DNA from: a virus
Direction: 5' to 3' (one strand)
IMG/VR virus record: IMGVR_UViG_3300045988_103535
DNA: 64,000 nucleotides
Shown here: positions 37,708-46,787 of the stretch, piece after piece
How positions within the stretch are numbered: position 1 is the stretch's first letter
Layout: every line of letters begins with the position of its first letter
Translations under genes and position numbers: made by a program
Notes under the pieces: generated by a model
Databases searched by the model: none
What the model was told of the DNA's origin: nothing
The model's input: only the letters and a program-made list of their open reading frames with translations

Positions 37708-37782
37708 ATGATAACACCTGATACAATTATAATAATCTTAACGATATTTGTAATAAGTTGTATAATATGGGCATTATATTAG
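37708..37782 (+). CDS. Possible 24-aa membrane micro-protein
   Basis: MITPDTIIIILTIFVISCIIWALY, preceded by agaggtg. Confidence 0.3.
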   Translation: MITPDTIIIILTIFVISCIIWALY

Positions 37783-37813
37783 TTAACAAAATTTAGTAAG
37801 AAAAATATATAAT
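37782..37813 (+). promoter_or_regulatory. Promoter, GTTAACA family
   Basis: gTTAACA-N17-TATATAAT. Confidence 0.65.
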
Positions 37814-37844
37814 ATACAAATAAGTAATTAGGGAGGTAACTAAA

Positions 37845-38453
37845 ATGATTGATATAACTAGAAAGGATTTAAGTAAACAATATCCAGTTTATACAAAAGC
37901 TGGCAATATATGGAAAAACAGAATAGACTGGAATAGCATATTAAAACCTGGTACAGTTATATCAACTCATTTCGGAATATTTACTTTCGTAAATACTTAT
38001 AAAGAAAACAAAGTATGGTATATTATATTATCTGACGGGGTTAATAATTATACAGTAAAAAGACAACAAGCAAGAAATAATAAAAAACTACCTAAAAAGA
38101 CTGTTACTCAAAAAGTTGTATATTTAGCGAGACTGGATTTAATAGAGTCTTTATTTCAACAAGCTAAAAAATATATTAATGAATATAATGCAGAACATAC
38201 AGAAGATTATGTACCATTTGGTAGTGGCAAAGTATTAGTACCAAGTGACGCATTTATTAAGCGTTTTGGTGTAGGTTTAAAAATACAAGGAATTTTGAGC
38301 GTGGGTTATATTAACGAAGCATTATATAGAAAATTTAGACGACAACTAATAAATTATTATCACCCCGACAAGGGAATTGTTAAAGATAATACAGTTTTCA
38401 ATATAATATGTAGAAAAACTGCTTTATTAAAATTATCGAAAGGGGCAATGTAA
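37845..38453 (+). CDS. Hypothetical protein with C-terminal J-domain-like segment
   Basis: YRKFRRQLINYYHPDKGIVKDNTVFNIICRKTALLKL (HPD motif). Confidence 0.55.
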   Translation: MIDITRKDLSKQYPVYTKAGNIWKNRIDWNSILKPGTVISTHFGIFTFVNTYKENKVWYIILSDGVNNYTVKRQQARNNKKLPKKTVTQKVVYLARLDLIESLFQQAKKYINEYNAEHTEDYVPFGSGKVLVPSDAFIKRFGVGLKIQGILSVGYINEALYRKFRRQLINYYHPDKGIVKDNTVFNIICRKTALLKLSKGAM

Positions 38454-38454
38454 T

Positions 38455-38895
38455 ATGAGAGGTTATACAGTAGTGTTTTATTTTGAAGAACAACAGGTAA
38501 CTTTAGATGATTTATTAGAAATAGTCAAAATGGGCGACGTAGATGTTGACGCTGTTATTATTAAAATTAAAACAGGTTGGACATCACCTAAACAACATTT
38601 AACGTTATCTTTACGCAAAGAAGAACAACAAATAATGAATGTAGCAAGTAAAAATGAATTAAGTGTTTTAACAATAGACTCATTTAAAAAAGGAAATGTA
38701 TCTAAGTTATTATTTAATGGCAAGAATTTCTCACCTTCAATTATTAAAAGAATAGAAAAATTATTAAGACCACCTGAAGGAAGTAATGCAAAAATTAGAC
38801 AAATTATTATACAAACAGATGAGGGCAAATGGGTATTAAATCCAAGATTTATACCGAATAAAAAAGTAAGAAACAAAGTTAACAATATTTACTAA
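38455..38895 (+). CDS. Hypothetical protein
   Basis: ORF. Confidence 0.5.
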   Translation: MRGYTVVFYFEEQQVTLDDLLEIVKMGDVDVDAVIIKIKTGWTSPKQHLTLSLRKEEQQIMNVASKNELSVLTIDSFKKGNVSKLLFNGKNFSPSIIKRIEKLLRPPEGSNAKIRQIIIQTDEGKWVLNPRFIPNKKVRNKVNNIY

Positions 38896-38909
38896 AATAA
38901 ATATATAAC
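38878..38909 (+). promoter_or_regulatory. Promoter, GTTAACA family
   Basis: gTTAACA-N17-TATATAAC. Confidence 0.55.
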
Positions 38910-39006
38910 ATACATAACCCAATAGGGGGAGGGTTATAAAATATATCCTCCTAGCTTAAAAACTTATACACTTATACAAAAACTAAAAACAAGGAGGAAC
39001 ACAAAA

Positions 39007-39678
39007 ATGGCAAAAATAGGAATTGGAAATGCAGGTAAATATCAAAGTTCAGGTAATGGAGGTTACTTCAGTTTAAAAGATGACGGTGACAGCGCAGTAG
39101 TTAGATTTTTATATAATCAACCTGACGGCTCAGACATTGATTATTTTTTAGTACATGAAGTACAAATTGACGGTAAAAAACGTTATGTTAGTTGTAACTC
39201 AGTAGACGAAAATGGAGAATCTCACCCAGACGATTGCCCATTATGTAAAGCAGGTAATAAACCTAAAGAAAAATTATTTTTACAACTTGTAGCATCAGAT
39301 AACCCAGACTCAGTTCAAATATGGGAGAGAGGTTCGAGTTTTGTATCAAAAATTATAACTTACTTAAATGAATTTGGCAACTTGTCAGCAGTAAAAATTA
39401 AAGTTATAAGACGAGGTAAAAAAGGTGACCAAAAAACTCAATATGAATTTATGCCAATGGGTAAAGACGATGTAAAACTTGAAGACTTGCCACAAAAACA
39501 AGAACTTGAAGGAAGTCTAATAATTAAAGCAAATATTGATGAAATGAATCAAATAATAGCAGGAACTTATACACCTCAACATGCAGCACAACAACATCAA
39601 ATGCAAGAACAACAATTTGAGCCAATGCATCATACTGAACGTGGAACTAGAACTACTGCACCAAGTGATGTATTTTAG
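39007..39678 (+). CDS. gp32-like single-stranded DNA-binding protein
   Basis: FSLKDDGDSAVVRFLYN...CNSVDENGESHPDDCPLCKAGNKPKEKLFLQLV; acidic/Q-rich C-terminus; upstream of polymerase. Confidence 0.75.
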   Translation: MAKIGIGNAGKYQSSGNGGYFSLKDDGDSAVVRFLYNQPDGSDIDYFLVHEVQIDGKKRYVSCNSVDENGESHPDDCPLCKAGNKPKEKLFLQLVASDNPDSVQIWERGSSFVSKIITYLNEFGNLSAVKIKVIRRGKKGDQKTQYEFMPMGKDDVKLEDLPQKQELEGSLIIKANIDEMNQIIAGTYTPQHAAQQHQMQEQQFEPMHHTERGTRTTAPSDVF

Positions 39679-39689
39679 GAGGTGGTAAT

Positions 39690-39953
39690 ATGGAATTAAA
39701 AGATACTATAGATTTAATGCTAAGTGGCAATTATATGGAAAGATTTTTAGCAGAATATCATCAACTAAATAATAGAATAGCTGGTTTAGAAAAAATGCTA
39801 GAAAAATACAGAAAAGGTACTTTAGAATTTACGCCAAATTGTCCATATGAATTATTACACACACAATTGGTAATTATGAAAGTATATAGAGACAGATTAG
39901 AAGAACGAGCAAAAATAGAAAATATAGATTTAAGTGTTGACGCAGTATTTTAA
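39690..39953 (+). CDS. Hypothetical protein
   Basis: RBS-preceded ORF. Confidence 0.55.
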   Translation: MELKDTIDLMLSGNYMERFLAEYHQLNNRIAGLEKMLEKYRKGTLEFTPNCPYELLHTQLVIMKVYRDRLEERAKIENIDLSVDAVF

Positions 39954-39956
39954 AAT

Positions 39957-39989
39957 GATAACCACCTCAAATAAGGGGTGGTTATTTTA
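39957..39989 (+). terminator. Stem-loop terminator
   Basis: ATAACCACCtcaataagGGGTGGTTATTTT. Confidence 0.8.
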
Positions 39990-40004
39990 TAAGGAGGTAT
40001 AATT

Positions 40005-42383
40005 ATGGGAAGAATTGGCGACATGTTCTGTAATGTTAGTGCTAGAAAAACACAAGAAGCACAAAAGAAAGCACTTGAAATGTTGAGTAAAAAATCAAGT
40101 AAAAAACAAGTTGCTAAAGTAGTACCGAAAAGTATTAGTGGAAAAGTACAACTTGCAAAAGAAATGTCTAAAGAAGTATTCGCAGATAAATTAGATAGAC
40201 TAGAATTATTAGACAATGAGAACAAAATTAGAGAATATATAGACTGTGCTATTACAAATGGCATAATAGCAGTTGATACAGAAACAAATGGCTTAGATAG
40301 AATAGACGGAAAAATAGCAGGCGTATGCTTATATACACCTGGACAAAAAGGAGTATATATTCCAGTACAACATGAGAGTTTCATGACAGGTATAGAATTA
40401 AAAACAAATGTATCAAAAGAATTTATGAAAGACCAATTTGAACGAATGAACAAATCGAATATAAAATATGTACTGCATAATGCTAAATTTGATATGCATA
40501 TTCTTTGGTGGATGCTCGGAATTAAAATAATTCCATACTGGGATACGCAAATAGGTTCACAACTTTTAAATGAAAATGAACCGCATAAACTAAAAGTATT
40601 ATATAAAAAATATGTAGATAATGCAGATGAAAATAGTAAAGTTGCCTCTTTTAACTCATTATTTAAAGGTATTGAATTTAATAAAGTACCGCCAGATGTT
40701 GCTTATATGTATGCATCATTTGACCCAATAATGACTTATGAACTATATCAATTCCAGTATAATTTTATTGATATTAACGGAAAATACTGCAAGGAAAAAG
40801 GTTTAGAGAGAGTCGCAGAAGTATTTCGAAATATAGAAATGCCACTAATACAAGTAGTATTCGAAATGGAATGTACAGGCGTTAAAATAGACACAGACTT
40901 AGCTGATAAACTAAAGGCACAATATACAAAACATAAAGATGCGGCAGAAGTAAAATTCAATTTAGAAATAAAAAAATTGAATGATAAATTCGATAAACTA
41001 ATGATAAAAAACCCAGCAGCTTATAATAAATTATTTAAAGACGGAATACGTAAAGTAAGTATAAGTTCACCTACTCAGTTGGCTATTTTATTTTATGATG
41101 TATTAGAATTTGAAAGCCCAGACAAAAAGTCACCTAGAGGAACTGGTGAAGCTATTTTAAAATCATTTAATCACCCATTAGTAGACAGCATATTAGAATA
41201 TAGAAGTATGAGCAAATTATTGAGTACTTATATAGAAGCAATTCCAAGTCATATTGCAAAACGAGATAATAGACTCCATGCGAATTTCAATCAATATGGT
41301 GCAAAAACAGGCAGATTTAGTAGTAGTGACCCAAATTTACAAAATATACCTTCACAAAAAACAAAATTGAGTGACGGAACTGTAATAGACGCAGGTCATG
41401 ATATTAGACAAATGTTTATAGCAGGAGAAGGTCAAGTAATAGTAGGTGGAGACTTTTCACAACAAGAACCTAGATGTCTAGCTCATATGAGTGATGACCC
41501 CCATATGCTACAGGCGTATTTAGAAGGAAAAGATTTATATGCTACAATAGCATCGAAAATATATAAAATGCCATATGACGAATGTAAAGAGTTTCGTGCA
41601 GACGGAACTGTAAATCCAGATGGTAAAGCTAGACGTACAAGTGTTAAACCTGTATTACTTGGACTTATGTACGGTAGAGGTGTGCCAAGTATAGCTGAGC
41701 AAATGAAAATATCAACTCAAGAAGCACAAAAGATAATTGATGACTTTTATGCTGAGTTTCCTAAAGTAAAAGAATTTGTAGATTTTGCTCAAACCTTTGC
41801 AAGAGACTATGGGTTTGTAGAAACCGCTTGGGGTAGAAAAAGAAGACTGTCTGATATGCAATTACCTCCAATAGAAATAAAACCTTGCATAAAATCGTAC
41901 AGCGACAATTTTGACCCATTCGCATTTGATGCTACTGAGTTAATACCTCAAGATGATTATGTGCCAGACGAAGTGTACAGAAAATATTATACATTATTAA
42001 ATAGAGCTAGAGGTAGACAACAGCAACAAAAAGTAAAAGAACTAGCAGAACAAGAAGGTTATACTATAAAAGATAATAGAGGTTTTATAGAAGACGCAAA
42101 AAGACAATGTGTAAATAGTATTATTCAAGGTTCAGCCGCAGACATGACCAAGCTAACTATGATAAAAATTTTTAATGATGAAGAACTCAACAAACTTGGT
42201 TATAAATTAATAATTCCAGTTCACGATGAAGTATTAGGAATATGTCCAAGAGAAAATGCGAAAGCAGTTCGAGATAGACTAGAATATATAATGGTACACA
42301 TTGTAGACGGAAAATTTAAAATACCTATGAAATGTGATATTGAAGTAACAGAGAGATGGTATGGTGAAGGAATAGAAATATAG
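40005..42383 (+). CDS. polA: Family A DNA polymerase (PolA-like) with 3'-5' exonuclease domain
   Basis: AVDTETNGLDRIDG; FSSSDPNLQNIPSQ; GGDFSQQEPRCLAHMS; KPVLLGLMYGRG; VHDEVLG. Confidence 0.95.
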   Translation: MGRIGDMFCNVSARKTQEAQKKALEMLSKKSSKKQVAKVVPKSISGKVQLAKEMSKEVFADKLDRLELLDNENKIREYIDCAITNGIIAVDTETNGLDRIDGKIAGVCLYTPGQKGVYIPVQHESFMTGIELKTNVSKEFMKDQFERMNKSNIKYVLHNAKFDMHILWWMLGIKIIPYWDTQIGSQLLNENEPHKLKVLYKKYVDNADENSKVASFNSLFKGIEFNKVPPDVAYMYASFDPIMTYELYQFQYNFIDINGKYCKEKGLERVAEVFRNIEMPLIQVVFEMECTGVKIDTDLADKLKAQYTKHKDAAEVKFNLEIKKLNDKFDKLMIKNPAAYNKLFKDGIRKVSISSPTQLAILFYDVLEFESPDKKSPRGTGEAILKSFNHPLVDSILEYRSMSKLLSTYIEAIPSHIAKRDNRLHANFNQYGAKTGRFSSSDPNLQNIPSQKTKLSDGTVIDAGHDIRQMFIAGEGQVIVGGDFSQQEPRCLAHMSDDPHMLQAYLEGKDLYATIASKIYKMPYDECKEFRADGTVNPDGKARRTSVKPVLLGLMYGRGVPSIAEQMKISTQEAQKIIDDFYAEFPKVKEFVDFAQTFARDYGFVETAWGRKRRLSDMQLPPIEIKPCIKSYSDNFDPFAFDATELIPQDDYVPDEVYRKYYTLLNRARGRQQQQKVKELAEQEGYTIKDNRGFIEDAKRQCVNSIIQGSAADMTKLTMIKIFNDEELNKLGYKLIIPVHDEVLGICPRENAKAVRDRLEYIMVHIVDGKFKIPMKCDIEVTERWYGEGIEI

Positions 42384-42395
42384 GAGGTATAAATA

Positions 42396-43352
42396 ATGTT
42401 ATTCGATTATTCTGAAATAAAAGGTTATACTAGATTTAAGTATAACCCTGAAAATGTAAAAATTGCTACTGAGTTAATACAGGCACAACCTTATATGCTT
42501 TATTCATTTTCAATAGCAGAACTATTTAGCTATTATGATAGTGATAGAAGAAGACTTTATATTAATAAAGACTATAAAGAAACTGGAGACATAATTTTAA
42601 TATCAATTACTGGAAAATATAGTAAAAAGGCAGAGATGATTTGCCCATTATGTAGTAATGAAAGGTTGTATAAAGAAATGAAAGCAATACCTATGCCAGT
42701 TAAAGTTTCATTCGTACCTGCAGCACAATCTAAAGAATTTATTACTCAATATAAAGATACACAAAGAACTAGAACTGCAGGTGACTTTGTGTACGACTTA
42801 GAAGACATATCTAAATTGCAAGGTGGTAAATGGCATAGTAGTAGAAAAAAGGTAAAAAGAGCACAAAAGAATTTAACCTGGAGATACGCAACATATGAAG
42901 ACTATGATTTAATAATGAATTTTTTACAAACATGGCTAAATGACTGCAAAAGCACAGAACGATTATCAAGACCGGCAATAGGTAGAGATAAAAATTTAAT
43001 AAACTTCATATGGCAGAATAAATTATTAGAAAAGAACCCATTTTATATAGTATTAGTATTTTATGAAGGAAAACTAGATGCAATTAATGTTACTGAGTTA
43101 TCATTATTTAATAGAGAGTGGCAATTAGGTATATTGGAAAAATCACTTCGCCAATATAATTTGAGTGGCTTTTATGTAGGTTGGTTATGTGAGGATATTG
43201 GCTATCATGAAGGCAGAAAATTTGATAATGCATCAGGTCCGTATCATGATATGTATAATAAAGACGGAATTAATGACCATAAAATGCTATTTAAACCTAT
43301 AGATTTTTATTACTCATACACAATAGAATTTAAAAAGAATTCCAAAAAATAG
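42396..43352 (+). CDS. GNAT-fold acyltransferase-like (DUF2156/LPG-synthase-C-like)
   Basis: GGKWHSSRKKVKRAQKNLTWRYATYEDYDLIMNFLQTWL...FYIVLVFYEGKLDAINVTEL...LRQYNLSGFYVGWLCEDIGYHEGRKFDNASGP. Confidence 0.6.
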   Translation: MLFDYSEIKGYTRFKYNPENVKIATELIQAQPYMLYSFSIAELFSYYDSDRRRLYINKDYKETGDIILISITGKYSKKAEMICPLCSNERLYKEMKAIPMPVKVSFVPAAQSKEFITQYKDTQRTRTAGDFVYDLEDISKLQGGKWHSSRKKVKRAQKNLTWRYATYEDYDLIMNFLQTWLNDCKSTERLSRPAIGRDKNLINFIWQNKLLEKNPFYIVLVFYEGKLDAINVTELSLFNREWQLGILEKSLRQYNLSGFYVGWLCEDIGYHEGRKFDNASGPYHDMYNKDGINDHKMLFKPIDFYYSYTIEFKKNSKK

Positions 43353-43381
43353 TTAACATTATACTGTAAAAATTGTATATT
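43352..43381 (+). promoter_or_regulatory. Promoter, GTTAACA family, upstream of modification cassette
   Basis: gTTAACA-N17-TATATT. Confidence 0.6.
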
Positions 43382-43389
43382 ATAAGTAC

Positions 43390-43441
43390 GTGGAGTAGTT
43401 TTCCTAATCCTGCTCCACTATAAAAATATTAAAACAGGAGG
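43390..43441 (+). promoter_or_regulatory. Structured 5' leader with potential SD-sequestering pseudoknot (candidate preQ1-type riboswitch)
   Basis: Stem 43390-43398/43410-43418 (GUGGAGUAG/CUGCUCCAC), loop UUUUCCUAAUC; loop UUUCCU can pair with SD AGGAGG 43436-43441. Confidence 0.4.
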
Positions 43442-43448
43442 TTCTAAA

Positions 43449-44204
43449 ATGGACGAAATGAAAAGATATGGCATTGTTAATGATGCTAAAGAACAAATGG
43501 AAGTTGTATTATTAAGAGGTACTGGGTGTGAATGGGCTCAATGTAATTTCTGCGATTATTGTATTGACCATGATAAAAATACAGAAGCAGACTATCAACT
43601 TAATGCAAAAGTATTAGACAAAGTTACTGGCATACACAATAAGTTACAAGTAATATGCAGTGGAAGTTTCGCAGAATTAGATAGTAAAACTATTGAGTAT
43701 ATTCACAAAGTAGTAACTGAAAAGAAAATATCAACTGTAATATTTGAAGGACATTATATGCACAGAAAATTTATAAAATTTATGAGATTAATTTTTAGTG
43801 GCATAAATCTAGAGTTTATAGTAGGCGCAGAAACTTTTAATTTATTCAATCGTGAAGCTATATTGAATAAAGGAATGGGAGTGGCAAGTCCTCAAAGTAT
43901 TAGTAAATATTTTAATAGAACTAATTTATTATTCGGTTGGAAAGGTCAAACATATGAGTCTTTCTTGGAAGATGTTGAATTAGGTCTTAAATATTTCGAC
44001 AAAATTTGTATTAATGTATTTACTCCTAATACAACAAAATTTGAGCGAGATGAAAAATTAGTACAACAATTTTATAATTCTACTGAGTTTCAAGAATTAT
44101 TAGCAAATCCTAGAGTAAGAATAATTGATGACTTAAATCGAGATATTACAGATACATTCGATTTAGTCGGAGAAAAATTGTCTAAAATAGGAGGTACTAA
44201 ATAA
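43449..44204 (+). CDS. Radical-SAM-like Fe-S enzyme, candidate queuine lyase (QueL-like)
   Basis: VVLLRGTGCEWAQCNFCDYCIDHD cysteine cluster; neighbour of QueT-like and DpdA-like genes. Confidence 0.6.
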   Translation: MDEMKRYGIVNDAKEQMEVVLLRGTGCEWAQCNFCDYCIDHDKNTEADYQLNAKVLDKVTGIHNKLQVICSGSFAELDSKTIEYIHKVVTEKKISTVIFEGHYMHRKFIKFMRLIFSGINLEFIVGAETFNLFNREAILNKGMGVASPQSISKYFNRTNLLFGWKGQTYESFLEDVELGLKYFDKICINVFTPNTTKFERDEKLVQQFYNSTEFQELLANPRVRIIDDLNRDITDTFDLVGEKLSKIGGTK

Positions 44205-44701
44205 TGAAAGTAACAGTAAAATCAATGTGTAGAATAAGCATAGTAGCCGCACTTTATTTTGTAATAACAATGGTATGTAAACCTTTTGTATTCGGACCGG
44301 TTGAATTCAGATTATCCGAAATGTTAAATTTCTTAATGTTTATAGACCCAATATATATAATAGGAATTACATTAGGTTGTGCATTGAGTAACTTCTTTAC
44401 ATTTGGAGTTATGGACGTATTTATAGGTTCAGCTTCTACATTCCTTGTAGGTGTTCTAATGTGGAAAGGCAAAAGAATGTGGTATGGAATTCCAATAGCA
44501 ACATTAGGTACAAGTGTAATTGCTTGGGAATTATGGTTTTTCTTTGGTTTACCATTTTGGTATCAATTTGCTGTTGGAGCATTTGGCGAATTTGTAAGTA
44601 TGGTACTTGGATATATTGTAGCTGTAAAATTATTCAAGAACGAAGGTTTACTAAATATATTTAGATGTACACCTGGCAATAATAAAGAAGTAAAATATTA
44701 G
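44204..44701 (+). CDS. queT: QueT-like queuosine-precursor ECF transporter S component
   Basis: RISIVAALYFVITMVCKPFVFGPVEFRLSEMLNFLMFIDPIYIIGITLGCALSNFF pattern of QueT family; multiple TM segments. Confidence 0.85.
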   Translation: MKVTVKSMCRISIVAALYFVITMVCKPFVFGPVEFRLSEMLNFLMFIDPIYIIGITLGCALSNFFTFGVMDVFIGSASTFLVGVLMWKGKRMWYGIPIATLGTSVIAWELWFFFGLPFWYQFAVGAFGEFVSMVLGYIVAVKLFKNEGLLNIFRCTPGNNKEVKY

Positions 44702-44710
44702 AAAAAATAT

Positions 44711-44744
44711 AATGAGTAGGGTTAACAACCTTACTCATTTTTTA
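44711..44744 (+). terminator. Stem-loop terminator
   Basis: AATGAGTAGGGTTaacAACCTTACTCATTTTTT. Confidence 0.75.
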
Positions 44745-44782
44745 TATATAACATACATAAATAAAAAAGGAGGAAAAAAGAT

Positions 44783-45700
44783 ATGGATTTGTATTTTGCA
44801 GGACAAGGTCAAATAGCATCAGACGTATTTATATCAAAACTTCATGTTAATAGACTTTACTCATTCTTAGATGGGTCTAGATGTATTAATAGGTGGATTG
44901 GTCTTACAGAAGGTCAAACTGACTCAAAATTATTTTTAGACTCAGGTGCATTTACTGCTCATACAAAAGGTAAAACTGTTAATGTTGATGAATATATTGC
45001 TCGAATAAATGAGTTAGACGAACATCTTACATTATATGCACAACTTGATACAATCCCAGGTGAATATAAAAAACCTAAGACTATACAACAGTTAAAAGAA
45101 GCGCCCGAATTGAGTTGGCAAAATTATTTATATATGAAAGACAAAGTAGCAAATAGAGATAAATTATTGTCTATATTTCATCAAGGAGAAGACTTTAAAC
45201 ATTTAAAAAGAATGTTAGAATATAGACATGAAGACGGTGAGCCAATAAAATATATTGGAATATCACCTGCCAATGATGTTGTAACTCAGTATAAAGATAA
45301 ATGGTTTGCACAGGTATTTGGAATTATAAAAAATTCCAGTAACCCAAACGTAAAGACGCATGCATTTGGAATGACTTCAAAATTAATGTTAGAAAAATAT
45401 CCATTTACTTCTGCTGATGCAACTACATGGTTAGTGCATGCTCGTATGGGAACATTACATTTCGGTGATAACAATATTGTAGTGTCTGACAGGAAAACAG
45501 ATGACCCAAATTTTTATAAAAATTTAGGACCTGAAATGATAAAAGCATTTGAAGACAAAGTTGAAGAACGAGGTTTAGACTTAGACTTGATGATGACTTC
45601 TTGTCATTATAGAAGTAGATGGGAAGCATTAGAATTAGTTGAGTGGCTACAAAATTATGAGTATAAAGGTAGTACAAAATTTCAAAAACGATTATTTTAG
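44783..45700 (+). CDS. dpdA: DpdA-like DNA 7-deazaguanine transglycosylase (TGT-like)
   Basis: LFLDSGAFTAHTKGKTVNVDEYIARINE; YAQLDTIPG; IFHQGEDFKHLKRMLEY; YIGISPAND; HAFGMTSKLMLEKYPFTSADATTWL. Confidence 0.85.
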   Translation: MDLYFAGQGQIASDVFISKLHVNRLYSFLDGSRCINRWIGLTEGQTDSKLFLDSGAFTAHTKGKTVNVDEYIARINELDEHLTLYAQLDTIPGEYKKPKTIQQLKEAPELSWQNYLYMKDKVANRDKLLSIFHQGEDFKHLKRMLEYRHEDGEPIKYIGISPANDVVTQYKDKWFAQVFGIIKNSSNPNVKTHAFGMTSKLMLEKYPFTSADATTWLVHARMGTLHFGDNNIVVSDRKTDDPNFYKNLGPEMIKAFEDKVEERGLDLDLMMTSCHYRSRWEALELVEWLQNYEYKGSTKFQKRLF

Positions 45701-45714
45701 AGGAGGTATTTTCT

Positions 45715-46776
45715 ATGAAAATAAATACAAGTAAATTAAAAAATATGTTAGGTCATGTTACTAAAATAAAACCCAACCCATTATTAGAAATATCTAATTA
45801 TATACAATTAGTATGTGATAATGAAGGTTTAAAAATAAATGCAACTGACGGTGATAATCATATAACTGTATTTCAAGATAACGAAACAACTGAAGAACCT
45901 GTTGAGTTCATAATTAAAACTGACCAATTTGTTAGCTTAATAAATAAAACAACAACAGAAACCGTTACTCTTACAGATAAGGAAACTTATTTAGAGGTAA
46001 AAGGTAACGGAACATATAAAGTTGAGTTAGTTCAAGGTGAAGTATACCCAGACCATAAAATAGAAACTAACGGAGCATTAAAAATAGAAGATTGTGTTAC
46101 TTATAATTTGAAACATGGAATAAACGTAGGTAAAAATGTTAAATCACAAACTGCGGCAGACGGGTGTTTATTTGGGTATTTAATTAGAAGCAATCATATA
46201 ATAACTGCAGACGCAATAAAAGTTAATGCATCAGATTTTGAATGTGAAGGACTAGAAGTATTAATACCACCTTCTTTAGCAAATTTAATTCCTACATTAG
46301 ACGAGGAAAAAGTTAATATTATTTTAGATGATAGTAATAATGCAATAATGTTTGAAGGTAAAAATATAGTAATAAGTGGGACATTAATGGAAGGGGTTGA
46401 AGAATACCCAGACAGTATATTACCAATGATAGAAGAAACTCAACCTAGTTTATGCACAGTTGATACACAAGAACTATTAAAAGCATTAGATAGAATAGGT
46501 TTATTCGTTGATGTGTATGATATGAATACTTTACAAGTAGCATTTGTAGGTGATTTAATAACTCTACAAACAACAGGAGGTTCAATAGAAAGTATAGCTA
46601 CAAAAGATTGTCCAACTCATACCGATATAGTTTATCCAGTAAATATTAAATTCTTATACGATTTAGTTTCTTCTGTAGATTCTCCAACTATCGACATTGA
46701 ATATGGAACTTCAGATTTAATCAAAATTGTATCTGATAAAGACAAAATGTTATTATCAACATTAGATAATGAATAG
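45715..46776 (+). CDS. dnaN: DNA polymerase III beta-like sliding clamp
   Basis: Clamp-like repeats (FLYDLVSSVDSPTIDIEYGTSDLIKIVS), position next to replication genes. Confidence 0.75.
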   Translation: MKINTSKLKNMLGHVTKIKPNPLLEISNYIQLVCDNEGLKINATDGDNHITVFQDNETTEEPVEFIIKTDQFVSLINKTTTETVTLTDKETYLEVKGNGTYKVELVQGEVYPDHKIETNGALKIEDCVTYNLKHGINVGKNVKSQTAADGCLFGYLIRSNHIITADAIKVNASDFECEGLEVLIPPSLANLIPTLDEEKVNIILDDSNNAIMFEGKNIVISGTLMEGVEEYPDSILPMIEETQPSLCTVDTQELLKALDRIGLFVDVYDMNTLQVAFVGDLITLQTTGGSIESIATKDCPTHTDIVYPVNIKFLYDLVSSVDSPTIDIEYGTSDLIKIVSDKDKMLLSTLDNE

Positions 46777-46787
46777 GAGGTATTAGA

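Noticed and set aside
44717-44726. GTTAAC in 44711-44744 as another promoter of the GTTAACA family
   Set aside because: It is the loop/upper stem of an intrinsic terminator and has no TATATAAT at 17 bp downstream.
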